Source: Candidatus Poribacteria bacterium
GTDB lineage: Bacteria; Poribacteria; WGA-4E; WGA-3G
Reading direction: 5' to 3'
NCBI GenBank assembly: GCA_965215265.1
Contig: OZ244048.1
Coordinates: forward strand, 96,001 to 160,000
DNA length: 64,000 nt
Under the pieces are notes generated by a model. It was not told the origin of the DNA, did no database searches, and saw nothing but the letters and a program-made list of their open reading frames with translations. Both the position numbers and the translations under genes were made by a program. Below, in pieces: positions 11,030 through 21,846 of this stretch; within the stretch, counting starts at the first letter, position 1, and every line of letters starts with the position of its first letter.

Positions 11030-11075
11030 GCCAATGAGTAGTTTGTAAAGGTATCTCCTTTGTCTTTTTTTTGGT

Positions 11076-12212
11076 ATGACAGAAAGAGGATGTATGATAA
11101 AGACAACACCTGAAGATTTCATTGTTGAAGAACTTCCGCTTTATGAACCGTCGGGGATAGGGATACATACGTTCTTTGCTATCCGAAAACGGAATCTGAG
11201 TACATTTGAGGCAATAGACCGGATTGCCAAAGACTTGCGTGTAAACTCCCAGTGCCTTGGTTATGCGGGGTTAAAGGATAAAAGAGCTGTGACAACCCAG
11301 GTATTGTCGGTGGAAGGTGTGTTTCCCAGACAGGTTTTAGCACTTGAGCTCCCTGGGATTGAAATTTTGTGGGCGAAACGGCATGGACACAAATTAAGGG
11401 TTGGGCATCTACGCGGGAATCGGTTTAAGATAACGTTGCGCGAGATATCTCCACGCGGACAGGCGATTGCTCAAGACGTGCTGACACGTTTGACAAAAGA
11501 AGGCGTGCCGAATCGATTTGGCACACAGCGGTTTGGACAAAATAACGATTCGCACCTTATCGGTAAGGCATTAGTGAAAGGGGCATGGGAAGTAGCGTTG
11601 AATTATCTGTTCGTAGATGAAACAATGCAGTTGGGTGAGGTCTGGCAGCGGGTGCAGCGTGAGGTAGAGCGAAACTGTTTAGAGAAAGCGATAAGATGCA
11701 TTCCGTATCGGTTTCGCAAACTGTTTTTATCTGCGTATCAAGCGTATCTCTTCAACTGCTACTTGGAGCAGCGGATGCCCGCCTTAGGACAGTTGATAGA
11801 TGGGGATATAGCAATGAAGCACAGCAACGGTGCCCCGTTTCTCGTTGAAAACGTTGAAGTTGAACAACCTCGTGCAGATGCGTTTGAGATTAGTCCTACG
11901 GGCCCAATTTTCGGGCATAAAATGAAGCAACCGTCCGGGGAAGGACAAGCAATGGAAGCGGCACTTCTGGGAGTGGAAAACCTTGTGCCAGATGGATTTG
12001 GCAAAGTTGCAGGTATTCGCCTACCGGGGACGCGCCGTCCCTTACGAATGCCGATGCAATTGCATCAGGTTCAGGCTTTTGATGTAGGGTTACGTCTCGC
12101 GTTCAGCCTGCCGGCAGGAGGTTACGCGACGGTGGTTTTAGACGAACTAAAAAATTGTTTCGGCAATGAAGGATTTGTGGAATCCAGCGGAACTTGGATT
12201 ATACCGAATTAA
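11076..12212 (+). CDS. truD: tRNA pseudouridine(13) synthase TruD
   Basis: PEDFIVEE, GYAGLKDKRAVTTQ, LRGNRFKI, PNRFGTQRFG, SAYQAYLFN, FSLPAGGYAT. True start may be ATG 11094. Confidence 0.95.
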   Translation: MTERGCMIKTTPEDFIVEELPLYEPSGIGIHTFFAIRKRNLSTFEAIDRIAKDLRVNSQCLGYAGLKDKRAVTTQVLSVEGVFPRQVLALELPGIEILWAKRHGHKLRVGHLRGNRFKITLREISPRGQAIAQDVLTRLTKEGVPNRFGTQRFGQNNDSHLIGKALVKGAWEVALNYLFVDETMQLGEVWQRVQREVERNCLEKAIRCIPYRFRKLFLSAYQAYLFNCYLEQRMPALGQLIDGDIAMKHSNGAPFLVENVEVEQPRADAFEISPTGPIFGHKMKQPSGEGQAMEAALLGVENLVPDGFGKVAGIRLPGTRRPLRMPMQLHQVQAFDVGLRLAFSLPAGGYATVVLDELKNCFGNEGFVESSGTWIIPN

Positions 12213-12359
12213 ACTTCGTAAGGGTGTTCCTGTCAAGGGTGCCATTGAAGGTATTTCCGCCCTCAACCCTTGAGCAATGAGGAAATATACCGTATTGTAG
12301 GGACAAAACCGTCGCCCGCTAGGCATCCCGCCTCCTCGATGCACAAGGGCCACCACACG

Positions 12360-13139
12360 TTACAAGCGAATATCGATCTCAAATAGCTGCCAGTAAACAA
12401 TCTTCCAATCCGATTGTTCACGTCGGAAGTCAAAACGACAATGTGCTTTGATTTCCCTGAGGTCCCGTTGTTCCCCCTTTTCTGCTGTTATGTCCAGTTG
12501 AAGTATTATTGCCCCTTTTCTTGCATGCGTTATGTCTGCCTGCGTATCCTTAATCAGGAATTGGAGTGAAACGTAGTCTTGGAAAAGTTGGGTCATCGCA
12601 GGAATAACGTCGTCATAATTTTCGGGAATAATCCCGGATAAGATACCAAAGAGAGTTGCCTCATCATCCGCTGCGACGTAGGATTCTGAGAAGAGTGCCT
12701 TAATCTGCTCCAAATTTTCTACATCTAGAGATTCTAGGAGGTCTGAAAGGTTATCAAGAAATTCCTGTAATTCTTCAGTTGTGTTTCGCAGCGGTGTGAG
12801 TGCGACATCTAAAACATGGCGTTCTTGGTTGAGTGAGAACAGCTGCTGGTAGGGGTGATAATCGACATCTTCAACAACTAAGGTGTAGTTCTGCCCATAA
12901 AGAATGCCTTGGAATGTGTAAACGCCATCAATTCCTGTTTCAAACGGTTGTTCTAAAAGGGTGACAACAGCACCAGGAATAGGGTTGTGTGTGTTAGCAT
13001 CTGTGATAGTCCCTGATACCGTTCCATATTCGAGGGTAGGAGTGGCAGGTGGCGGTTCCGGGGGTTCTTCGTCTGCTTCTCCACACGCGAAAAAGCAGGC
13101 CAGTAATAGTAGAAGTAAGGGTATTTTTTTTTCTATCAT
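12360..13139 (-). CDS. Lipoprotein with carboxypeptidase-regulatory-like domain and NTF2-like C-terminus
   Basis: Lipobox-like LLLLACFFAC; GTVSGTITDA..PIPGAVV..TGIDGVYTF; C-terminal FRRE..DWKIV. Start taken at MIEKK. Confidence 0.7.
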   Translation of the reverse strand: MIEKKIPLLLLLLACFFACGEADEEPPEPPPATPTLEYGTVSGTITDANTHNPIPGAVVTLLEQPFETGIDGVYTFQGILYGQNYTLVVEDVDYHPYQQLFSLNQERHVLDVALTPLRNTTEELQEFLDNLSDLLESLDVENLEQIKALFSESYVAADDEATLFGILSGIIPENYDDVIPAMTQLFQDYVSLQFLIKDTQADITHARKGAIILQLDITAEKGEQRDLREIKAHCRFDFRREQSDWKIVYWQLFEIDIRL

Positions 13140-13372
13140 CGGTTTATTTTTTGTTCCCAATTTGTGGAGGCAGCGGAATGCTGCTTTTTATTTTTACAGA
13201 AAAAGAAAATTTGCATTTACGCTATCAATTGTGGTATCCTTAATATGTAATGGCCAAAACTTCTGTAACTGAGGTGTGCATCTGAACTGGCCTGAGTGCT
13301 TTTGTATAGAAAAAATAAGTTTAACCAATCTGTCTATTCAATTGAAGAAAAAAGAGAGGAGACATAAATATC

Positions 13373-13585
13373 ATGTCCCGAGTCTGTAGTATCTGTAGCA
13401 AACGTCCGATGACAGGACATCAGATTAGCAAATCGCTTCGCCATACAAAACGGCGGTGGCTTCCAAATCTCCAGCGTGTGCGTGTGCAAACGGAAGCGGG
13501 CCCGCGGCGAATTCGTGTTTGCACCAAGTGTTTACGAAGCGGTAGAGTCGCCAAAGTCGTTTCAAGAATGCCCAATCCGATATAA
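13373..13585 (+). CDS. rpmB: 50S ribosomal protein L28 (Cys-containing form)
   Basis: MSRVCSICSK...HTKRRWLPNLQ...RVCTKCLRSG; AGGAG RBS. Confidence 0.97.
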   Translation: MSRVCSICSKRPMTGHQISKSLRHTKRRWLPNLQRVRVQTEAGPRRIRVCTKCLRSGRVAKVVSRMPNPI

Positions 13586-13654
13586 GTTTGCAAGAGACAA
13601 AACAGTATACCTTAAGCACCTAGGTTGTCTCTTATTCTATACCGTTCTATAGCA

Positions 13655-15823
13655 TCAGGGACGCACAGGTTTTGTAACTTCCTTGCGATTGACGCGTTGG
13701 ACTCCTTTTAATTGTCGAATCGCTTTCATCACCTCATCAAGTTGTTCGGCCCCTGTCACTTCTAGCGTCATGACATCATAAGCGCTATTATTCATGTTTT
13801 TAATCTGTGCTGGTTGGAAGGTGCCGCAGCGAATGTTCACTTTATAGTGCCCGATAACAGTCGCGATTTTGCCAAGCATGCCGAACCGGTCGCTGCACTC
13901 AACGCAAATTTCTGCAGGATAAGTATCTCGTGGTTTGCCAGAATCTTCGAGGGTTTTTCTGTCTGGCCATTTGACGGCAAGAAGTCGTTCGGGTTCATCA
14001 AGGATGCGGATACACCCTGTCCTATGAATTGAAATGCCGCGCCCGCGCGTTACGTAGCCAATCACCTTATCCCCCGGAATAGGATTACAGCATTTCATTA
14101 TCTGTGTCATGCCTAAATCAATACCGGTGTCGAGTTGGATAGTAGGCATTGACGGTGTTTTTTCCTGCGGTGGTTCAGGTTCCGGCACTTCCGGTCTTAG
14201 GAGGTTGACAACATGGGTAGCAGATTCTTTTCCATTCCCGATGCGAATCAGAAGCTCTTTTACATTTTTGAGTTGCAGTTGTTTGGCGATGTCAAGTAGT
14301 TTAGGAGAGGTGAGATAATTTCGGATGTTAAGGTAGGAAACAGGCAATTCGGCTTTGAGGAATGCTTTCCCTAATGCAAGGGCACCCTCTTTGTCTTTTT
14401 CACGGAACCATTCATTAATTTTGCTTCGAGCGTTGGATGTTTTGACATGGCGTAACCAACTCCGGCTGGGTTTGCTTTGCGAATTTGTACGAATGTGGAC
14501 CCGGTCTCCGGTTTGGAGTTCCTGTCGGATCGGTGCCATGCTGCCATTTATCTCTGCACCGGAACACGTATGGCCAATATCCGTATGAATTTTATACGCG
14601 AAATCAATCGCAGTGGAACCGACAGGCAGTGCAAATACGTCACCCTCAGGAGAAAAAACGTAGACCTCATCCTCGAAGAGCTCGAGTTTCATTGACTCGA
14701 CGAACTGATGCGCGCCGGCTTGCGTATCCTGTAAATCCTCCAGCATCTGTTTATAGTTGGCAAAAATAGACCTGCCTTGTTTGCTCGTCGGGACTCCCTC
14801 CTTATAACTCCAATGTGCGGCGATTCCATCTTCCGCAACTTTATGCATCTGATAGCTCCGAATCTGTATTTCGATGGGTTTGCCGTTATCTACAATGGTG
14901 GTATGAAGAGACTGGTACCCATTTTTTTTAGGTTGCCCGATCCAGTCCCTGAGACGATTTGGAAGGTATTGCCAATTTTGATGGAGTGCATGCAGTGCCA
15001 CATAACAGTCTATTTCGGTTTTTGCAAGGATGCGGATGCCTATCAAATCACAGATTTCCTTGAACGGTGTTCTTTTCTGTTGCATTTTTTGATAGATGCT
15101 GTAGATATGTTTCGTTCTACCGCGTACATCCACGAAGATGCTCTGTTTTTCCAGTTTCTCGCGGATGCGCGTTACCATTTTTTCGCAGTAGGCCTGACGT
15201 TCTACGAGTTTTTCATCCAACAAGTTGGCAATTTCGCGGTATTCATCTGGGAAGAGATATTTGAATGCTAAGTCTTCAAGGCGGCTCATGATACGCCAAA
15301 TGCCCAATCGGTGTGCGATCGGTGCATAAATCTCGAGCGTCTCTTTAGCAACCCGTTGGCACTTATCAGTCGATAGAAACTTCAACGTCTCCATGTTATG
15401 CATCCGATCGGCGAGTTTTATTAGTATGACGCGCATGTCTTCGGCCGTTGCTAAAAGCAGCTTTCTATAAGTTTCTGCTTGCCGTTGCCGCTGTGCACCG
15501 CGGAATTTGTACTTTCCTATTTTGGTTACGCCTTCCACAAGGTTCGCGATGTTACGCCCGAACCGCACTACCATTTCTTCCGTGGTCACACCTGTATCTT
15601 CAAGTACATCGTGCATAAGTCCTGCACAAATCGTATGTGTATCTAAACGGAGGGCTACAAGCTCCTCTGCGGTTTTAACACAGTGCGTAAAATACGGTTC
15701 CCCAGATTTCCGTTGCTGTCCTTCATGTGCTTGCTCAGCAAAATAGTAGCAACGCTCAAGCAGTTCAACATCTGCGTCTGGATTATAGTTTCGAATTCGG
15801 CTGATTAGCGAGTTGACACTCAT
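13655..15823 (-). CDS. relA: Bifunctional (p)ppGpp synthetase/hydrolase
   Basis: AHEGQQRKSGEPY, HD motif MHDVLED, IKLADRMHNM, NGYQSLHT, EIQIRS, TGS (DFAYKIHTDIGH), CCNPIPGD, C-terminal ACT domain. Confidence 0.96.
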   Translation of the reverse strand: MSVNSLISRIRNYNPDADVELLERCYYFAEQAHEGQQRKSGEPYFTHCVKTAEELVALRLDTHTICAGLMHDVLEDTGVTTEEMVVRFGRNIANLVEGVTKIGKYKFRGAQRQRQAETYRKLLLATAEDMRVILIKLADRMHNMETLKFLSTDKCQRVAKETLEIYAPIAHRLGIWRIMSRLEDLAFKYLFPDEYREIANLLDEKLVERQAYCEKMVTRIREKLEKQSIFVDVRGRTKHIYSIYQKMQQKRTPFKEICDLIGIRILAKTEIDCYVALHALHQNWQYLPNRLRDWIGQPKKNGYQSLHTTIVDNGKPIEIQIRSYQMHKVAEDGIAAHWSYKEGVPTSKQGRSIFANYKQMLEDLQDTQAGAHQFVESMKLELFEDEVYVFSPEGDVFALPVGSTAIDFAYKIHTDIGHTCSGAEINGSMAPIRQELQTGDRVHIRTNSQSKPSRSWLRHVKTSNARSKINEWFREKDKEGALALGKAFLKAELPVSYLNIRNYLTSPKLLDIAKQLQLKNVKELLIRIGNGKESATHVVNLLRPEVPEPEPPQEKTPSMPTIQLDTGIDLGMTQIMKCCNPIPGDKVIGYVTRGRGISIHRTGCIRILDEPERLLAVKWPDRKTLEDSGKPRDTYPAEICVECSDRFGMLGKIATVIGHYKVNIRCGTFQPAQIKNMNNSAYDVMTLEVTGAEQLDEVMKAIRQLKGVQRVNRKEVTKPVRP

Positions 15824-18362
15824 TTTCGATCCGCTCCCAAATCGGTTTGATGTCCTCTTGTAATTGAAAATCTACGAACGACCGGCTTGTCTGTTTAATC
15901 CATTCTCCTCTCAGATAGGTTTTGGAATTGGCTAACCCACGCTTTTGGGGTGTCAGGAGATATATCCGCGAATCATCTTGTTCTCCGTGGCGTTCAAAGA
16001 ACCCCAATTCCTCAAAAATTGTCAGTGCGGTTTGCACAGAATCCGTTGCGCCGACCTGCCGATTTATCAGTTCAACCTCAGGGCATCCATCTGCTCCATG
16101 GTTCTGGATTAAAGCCCGCAAATTCTTGTACAATTCCCGGAGGTCTGCCTCCTCAGGATATTTTTGAGACATCCAACTGGCAAGCCGCTTCGCATCTGAA
16201 TCATTATAGATAAGATGCAATTCCGAACTTGCGTCAGCGGCAAAAGCAGGCTGGCATCGCTTGAAAAATTCATCTGAACTCGGAGCCAGATGGCAGAATA
16301 CAAAATATTTGACGAAAGTAACTTCATCGGGTTGAGAGAAATTAGCACTAGAGGCAATTGCTTGTAGTTCTCCATGTTTTAGTTTTTTTAACAATTGTTT
16401 CTCTGTGCCTTCAGACACTGTTTCGTCATGCGGGCCGATGCAGTGAGTTTTTTCTGGAATCAAGTGGGTTCGCAGCTGATCAAGCATCTCGCGATTTTGG
16501 ACATATATAATACAAGGTTCCGCGCGTGCAATCAAGTTTAAAAGATAATCCTTTTTATTTTCACCGCGCCCATCAATAACCTGGGTAACTGAGGCATCAC
16601 TGCTTGTCGGAAAAACAGCTCGTTTTACCTCACGGCTGTTTGACCTGATCTGCCAATCTTGAAGGATAAGTTGAACCGAGCGTGTATCCCGCCATTCGTT
16701 GATTTGGGGTGAAAAAGCGATATCGAGTGATAAGTCTTCGCGTTTGAATGTGACAAGGTGTTCACCTTTACCCCACGCAATAGCACAGAGTTTACTTTCA
16801 CCGTCTTGAACAAACATACGCAGATGTTGTTTGCCTTTTCCTATCCGGTAAGGGATGCCGTTAATTTTCACATGGTGCGCGCTAAAACTTGGAGCAGGAT
16901 TTTCGCGACCGAACGGTTCTAATTGCGTTAATTCCTCTAAGCTTTTTAACGTTAATAACGAGAGACTCGTTTCAAAATCAAGTTCCAGTTTCGGCTGCAG
17001 TGCTTCTGCGGATAGTTCTTTGCGTGCATAGTCGTTAAAAGCCTGTTTAAAGCGTGGTATATTTTTTGATTTTAGCGTCAACCCAGCTGCAGCAGCATGC
17101 CCGCCATGTTTAATGAGTAAATTGCTGCAGTTTTTTAAACACGCCGCGAGGTTCATGCCGTCAATGGAACGGCCGGAGCCCGTTGCCTCCTCACCCTTAA
17201 TAGCAATGACGAAAACCGGCTTATGGTAGGTTTCAAGCAAGCGAGATGCAACGATACCGACCACGCCCTGCGCTTTTTCACTCCACAAATTGCTGGCAAC
17301 TACCATGCCAATGGTGTTCTCATCCATTTCCTTCTTAATGATTTCTTCTGCCTTATCGCGGATGTTTATTTCCAATTCTTGCCGTTTCCGGTTTTCTTGG
17401 TTGAGTTCGGCAGCAATCCGTTTTGCCTCGTCATCGGATTCGGTTGTGAATAACTTCACCACCTTATTGGCTGCGTCCATCCGTCCTGCAGCATTGATAC
17501 GTGGCCCCAACCCAAAAGAGAGTGATTGGCCAACAAGCGGTTTTGCAACGTCGTAACCGGCTACGTCGCATAGTGCACGGATACCCGGACGTTCGCGTTT
17601 GTTGAGGACATCTAAACCGAGGCGACTCAAAGCTCTATTTTCCCCGGTCAGCGGTACCATGTCTACAACGGTTCCTAACGCCACCAAATCAAGCAAGGAC
17701 ATCAGAAACATTTCATCATCTATTAATCCGTGTGCCAATTTGTAGGCAAGCCCGACACCTGCTAAATGTGGGTACGGATACTCATTTCCCTGCACCAGAG
17801 GCGAAATCAGAGCGTACGCAGGCGGTATTGCATGCGGATTGGGCTGATGGTGATCTGTGATAATAACATCCATACCGAGTTGATTCGCCAATTCTACTTC
17901 TGCTTTAGACGTAACGCCACAGTCCACAGTAATGAGTAATTGTGCCCCGTTGCTGTGAAGTGTTTCTACAGTCTTTTTACTCAGTCCATAGCCGTCTGTA
18001 AATCGATTAGGAATGTATGCCTCAATGGGCATATCAATGTGGCGGAACGCGTTATACAATACGGCTGTTGCTGTTGTTCCATCGGCATCATAGTCACCGT
18101 AGATATAGATTTTTTCACCTAGTTTAATCGCCCTTTTTATCCGAGTTATTGCTTTATCCATGTTCGCTAATTTAAAAGGCGAGTGCAGTGCATCAAACTG
18201 CGGGTATAGATAGGCATGGGCTTCAGAGACGTTCTTCAGTCCTCGATTAACGAGAAGTTTTGCAACGAACGGAGAAACCCCGAGTTCTGCTGCCAGGGTA
18301 AAACTGTTATTAAGATCCGGATTTTCTAATTTCCAAATTTTGTGGAGTTGGGGTTTCATCAT
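15783..18362 (-). CDS. recJ: ssDNA exonuclease RecJ with long C-terminal extension
   Basis: YGDYDADG, ITVDCG, ITDHH, GPRINAAGR, GSGRS, GGHAAAAG. Start reassigned to ATG 18362 (MMKPQ). Overlaps the relA start. Confidence 0.95.
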   Translation of the reverse strand: MMKPQLHKIWKLENPDLNNSFTLAAELGVSPFVAKLLVNRGLKNVSEAHAYLYPQFDALHSPFKLANMDKAITRIKRAIKLGEKIYIYGDYDADGTTATAVLYNAFRHIDMPIEAYIPNRFTDGYGLSKKTVETLHSNGAQLLITVDCGVTSKAEVELANQLGMDVIITDHHQPNPHAIPPAYALISPLVQGNEYPYPHLAGVGLAYKLAHGLIDDEMFLMSLLDLVALGTVVDMVPLTGENRALSRLGLDVLNKRERPGIRALCDVAGYDVAKPLVGQSLSFGLGPRINAAGRMDAANKVVKLFTTESDDEAKRIAAELNQENRKRQELEINIRDKAEEIIKKEMDENTIGMVVASNLWSEKAQGVVGIVASRLLETYHKPVFVIAIKGEEATGSGRSIDGMNLAACLKNCSNLLIKHGGHAAAAGLTLKSKNIPRFKQAFNDYARKELSAEALQPKLELDFETSLSLLTLKSLEELTQLEPFGRENPAPSFSAHHVKINGIPYRIGKGKQHLRMFVQDGESKLCAIAWGKGEHLVTFKREDLSLDIAFSPQINEWRDTRSVQLILQDWQIRSNSREVKRAVFPTSSDASVTQVIDGRGENKKDYLLNLIARAEPCIIYVQNREMLDQLRTHLIPEKTHCIGPHDETVSEGTEKQLLKKLKHGELQAIASSANFSQPDEVTFVKYFVFCHLAPSSDEFFKRCQPAFAADASSELHLIYNDSDAKRLASWMSQKYPEEADLRELYKNLRALIQNHGADGCPEVELINRQVGATDSVQTALTIFEELGFFERHGEQDDSRIYLLTPQKRGLANSKTYLRGEWIKQTSRSFVDFQLQEDIKPIWERIENECQLANQPNSKL

Positions 18363-18718
18363 TCGCCTTTCTTCACAAGACTTGCAATTCGTGTTAAGGG
18401 GATGGCACGTCTTGTAAACCGGGATAATAATTGAAGTTTGAGAACAGTCCATTTGCACCGGCTCAAGCATGGTAGTGCTGAGCGATACAAAAATCAGAAG
18501 TAGACACAACGTTTACAATACACTCAAAATGCCTTCTCTAACACCTAACCCCCGGGGGTTATTGGTGCTCAGAAGATACGGACATTCGCAAAAAATACGC
18601 CCCCCTGAAGTGCCCAATATACACAGGGTGTGTCTCGAACATGATGAGATATAACATTCTCCGCATCAGACACCGAACACAACAGCATACCATGAGTTCG
18701 TTAATACCCGCTCCTTTT

Positions 18719-19759
18719 TCACGGGAGTTTGTGCTTTTTCACCTCTCCCCATACCGTAATTAACCGGTGCTGTCGTGGCGATATAGGCAGCGCAGATGTC
18801 GAATCAAAACAATCTGCATTTGTGTTAGATCCGACGCGCGTGAGTTGCTTTGATATACCATCGACTAAGGTGACTGTGAAGAGTTGTCTCTCTTCGCCGA
18901 CGCGTCGTTGGTAAACCAGAGCATCGCCCGATGGAACCCACGTTGGCATCGAAACATCGGCACCATCTGCTTCAACAATCCGCTGAATCCCAATTCCGTC
19001 GCGATTCATAAGATAGATAGCTTTTTCATCAAACAGATTGTGATCCTTTTTCAATAGGCGGGGCACAGGGATTGCCTTCACATCTACGCCAGTGAAGGCA
19101 ATTTTTGTACTATCTGGCGACCACGCCGGATCAAATATCCAAGGGAAACCGGGTAGCATCAGCTTCTTTCCAACATGGGTTTTCGGGTTCACAAATTGAA
19201 TTCGGGTTTCCCCAAGCACTATCCCTTTAAATATATCATTCTGGGGAATGAACAGATCAGAAGAAACAAAAGCAATCTCGGAGTTGTCAGGGGCCCACGC
19301 TGGAGTTATGCCACTTGCAACGCGCGTTTCGACGGTGCCATTCATGGAACCTATGTAAATATCCATCTCACCGCATCGTGGATTAACGCGATAGTAGGCA
19401 ATCTGATTTCCATTGGGGGCCCACGTTGGACGTTGTCTACGCACAGTTTTTATGAAAAGTTTCCGCAGGTTTCCCCCATCGGCATCCATCAGGTAGAGAT
19501 CCGTAGTTTTGTTTCGATCAGAGACGAACAGAATGTGTTCACCTGTCGGGGACCAGACGGGATCGAAATCCGCCGCACGGTGACGGGTCAAGTTGACTTG
19601 TCCTATCCCATCAGGATTCATGACATAGATTTCAGGATTGCCATCCCGAGTGGAGGTGAACAGAATTTTGGGTGTGTTGGGAGCTTTTGCAAAAATAGAA
19701 CAGATATTCCTGCACAATAGTATGAGGTTGAGAAGAAAAAAGCAGCGCGACGGCTTCAT
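18719..19759 (-). CDS. Secreted TolB-like PD40-repeat protein with C-terminal 'LITVWGEVK' motif
   Basis: Signal peptide; FTSTRDGNPEIYVMNPDG, PVWSPTG, PTWAPNG, PAWSPD repeats. Confidence 0.85.
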   Translation of the reverse strand: MKPSRCFFLLNLILLCRNICSIFAKAPNTPKILFTSTRDGNPEIYVMNPDGIGQVNLTRHRAADFDPVWSPTGEHILFVSDRNKTTDLYLMDADGGNLRKLFIKTVRRQRPTWAPNGNQIAYYRVNPRCGEMDIYIGSMNGTVETRVASGITPAWAPDNSEIAFVSSDLFIPQNDIFKGIVLGETRIQFVNPKTHVGKKLMLPGFPWIFDPAWSPDSTKIAFTGVDVKAIPVPRLLKKDHNLFDEKAIYLMNRDGIGIQRIVEADGADVSMPTWVPSGDALVYQRRVGEERQLFTVTLVDGISKQLTRVGSNTNADCFDSTSALPISPRQHRLITVWGEVKKHKLP

Positions 19760-19806
19760 TATAAATTTCCCCTTTTTGTATCTTTTAGCACGTTAACTTC
19801 TGATAT

Positions 19807-19962
19807 TTTTCGTATATCTCCGTACCGTCAACACCTATACTATTGATGGTTCGTGTGTACATCTCGTCGGAGGTTCCTTATGCATAGCATAAGATGGCTC
19901 AGACGAGATTTGTAAAGGCTTTAATATTGCAGCTGCCTTTATGGGGCTGCAGTAGACGAAAA
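19807..19962 (-). repeat. Two-arm palindromic intergenic repeat element (copy A), with an extra partial arm at 19773-19797
   Basis: Reverse complement aligns along its length with 21847-22009; inner inverted repeat ATCTCGTCGGAG (19861-19872) / CTCAGACGAGAT (19898-19909). Confidence 0.9.
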
Positions 19963-20042
19963 GGACTGATGCGGATGCCAAAAGAAATTATTAACCAGAA
20001 CTGCTGGAACGCTACAGTGTCCACTTCGAGTAATGTTTGAAT

Positions 20043-20124
20043 ATAATAACACAAAAAAAGAGTTTTGTCAAACTTTAGATGATTTACAATTCTGGTTGAC
20101 ATTGAATGCGTGAAGTGTTAAAAT
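20043..20124. promoter_or_regulatory. Divergent sigma70 promoters (minus: TolB-like gene; plus: tmk-holB)
   Basis: Minus: TTGACA (20071-20066) - 17 nt - TATTAT (20048-20043). Plus: TTGACA (20096-20101) - 17 nt - TAAAAT (20119-20124) with TGn extension. Confidence 0.7.
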
Positions 20125-20154
20125 TTGCAAATATTAAAATAAGAGAAGGCGATA

Positions 20155-20769
20155 ATGGCACAGCGTGGATTTTTCATTACGGTTGAAGGTATAGAAGGTG
20201 CAGGCAAAACAACGCAGGTAAACCACTTGGAGGCAGTTCTGCGGGGAAATGTTATTGTTACTCGCGAACCCGGCGGCACACTCATTTCGGAACGCATTCG
20301 CGATGTTTTTATGAATTCGGAGGGTATAACTGCAACAACCGAGTTGTTGTTGATTGCCGCTGCACGCGCACAACACGTTGCCGAACTCATACGCCCCGCA
20401 CTTGAAGGAAGCCAGATTGTCATCTGTGACAGGTTCATTGATGCAACTATCGCTTATCAAGGCTATCGGGCGGGTATGGATATCACACTCATCAATCACT
20501 TAAATCAGATTGCCACAGGTGGTATCCTTCCAGACCTTACGTTTATACTCGATCTTGCCCCAGAGATTGGGCTGCAACGGCACTATCAGATGCACGACCG
20601 GTTCCACAAGGAGCCGTTAGAATCCCACCGCAAAGTGCGAGAAGGGTATCTGGCAATCGCGAGAGCAGAACCGCATCGAGTTAAAGTGATAGATGCAGCA
20701 GTTTGTCCGGATGCTGTACACGCCGCGCTCCTCGCTGAGTGTAAGAAACGCGGAATACTCTCTGTTTGA
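20155..20769 (+). CDS. tmk: Thymidylate kinase
   Basis: FITVEGIEGAGKTTQ, TREPGG, CDRFIDATIAYQG, PDLTFILD. Confidence 0.97.
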   Translation: MAQRGFFITVEGIEGAGKTTQVNHLEAVLRGNVIVTREPGGTLISERIRDVFMNSEGITATTELLLIAAARAQHVAELIRPALEGSQIVICDRFIDATIAYQGYRAGMDITLINHLNQIATGGILPDLTFILDLAPEIGLQRHYQMHDRFHKEPLESHRKVREGYLAIARAEPHRVKVIDAAVCPDAVHAALLAECKKRGILSV

Positions 20770-20811
20770 GGATAGAGGCTCCCTATGTAGGAACACGGAC
20801 GAGGATAGAAA

Positions 20812-21804
20812 ATGAAAGGTACAATCATTGGGCATCAGCAAATTGTTGAACAACTCCGGTGTACCGTTGCATCCGGTAGGATTGCTGGCGCGTATCTCTT
20901 TGTCGGACCGCCGGGCGTTGGAAAAGAGACGGTGGCGACTTATTTCGCACGTTTAATCTTTTGCCACCGAAATAACGAGGCCGATGCCGTTTGCGAATTT
21001 TCCAGTAGCAGTTCGCAGAATTTACAAGATTGCCTCGCTTGTCGAAAGGTGGCATCCGGCAATCACCCAGATCTTCGATTTATTCGGCCAACCGGAAACC
21101 AGTTGAAGATAGCCCAAATTCGGGAATTACAAAAACAGATTATCTATGAGCCCCTTGAGGCTAGTAGGAAGGTTTACATTTTGACAGACGCGGAGCGGAT
21201 GAATATAGAGGCAGAAAACTGCCTACTCAAGACCTTAGAAGAACCGCCTGCCTCATCCGTTTTAATCCTACTCACTTCAAACCTAGAATCCTTGCTGCCG
21301 ACGACCCGCTCACGATGTCAGATTCTCCAATTTCATCCGATGCAGACTGAAGCATTGGCACAAGTGTTGATGAGGAGATTTGCTGTTGAGGGACCACGGG
21401 CCACCTCAATCGCGATTGCAGCGAAGGGAGCTATCGGAAAAGCACTCACACAACTTGAAAAAGGGCAGGTACGCACGCACGAAGTACCGGAGATCCTGAA
21501 GGAAACAGACCTGTTAGCCGCTTTTAGATTCGCTGAACAATTCAAGAATGAACCAGAAAATTTAGCCGAACTGATTACGTGGTATCGCGACCTGTTATTT
21601 TTACATCAGGGTGCGCCGAAGGAGCTCATAACCCACCTGCAGTCGATTGAGGAACTCAGCACGCTTCTGCCCCGATATTCGCGATTGCGCATCCAGCAAG
21701 CTATCCAGACTGTGTTTTACACCAAGGCACTTATTGAGAACACCAACACAAACGCAACATTGGCCTTGGAGGTCATGTGTCTAAAATTATTAAAACAGCC
21801 TTGA
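20812..21804 (+). CDS. holB: DNA polymerase III subunit delta'
   Basis: AYLFVGPPGVGK, HPDL, AENCLLKTLEEPP, LLPTTRSRCQ; classical tmk-holB synteny. Confidence 0.93.
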   Translation: MKGTIIGHQQIVEQLRCTVASGRIAGAYLFVGPPGVGKETVATYFARLIFCHRNNEADAVCEFSSSSSQNLQDCLACRKVASGNHPDLRFIRPTGNQLKIAQIRELQKQIIYEPLEASRKVYILTDAERMNIEAENCLLKTLEEPPASSVLILLTSNLESLLPTTRSRCQILQFHPMQTEALAQVLMRRFAVEGPRATSIAIAAKGAIGKALTQLEKGQVRTHEVPEILKETDLLAAFRFAEQFKNEPENLAELITWYRDLLFLHQGAPKELITHLQSIEELSTLLPRYSRLRIQQAIQTVFYTKALIENTNTNATLALEVMCLKLLKQP

Positions 21805-21817
21805 CACCTTAACTCAC

Positions 21818-21846
21818 TTGACAAATAGCATTTTTTATGTTAAAAT
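21818..21846 (+). promoter_or_regulatory. Sigma70 promoter upstream of the repeat array and metG
   Basis: TTGACA (21818-21823) - 17 nt - TAAAAT (21841-21846) with TGn extension. Confidence 0.7.

Noticed and set aside
18400-18715. Small gene or pseudogene upstream of recJ
   Set aside because: Only a short hydrophobic stretch; no recognisable family similarity in the frames I translated.
19807-19962. Integron attC sites
   Set aside because: No RYYYAAC/GTTRRRY core ends, no integrase, and the flanking genes are housekeeping genes with their own promoters.
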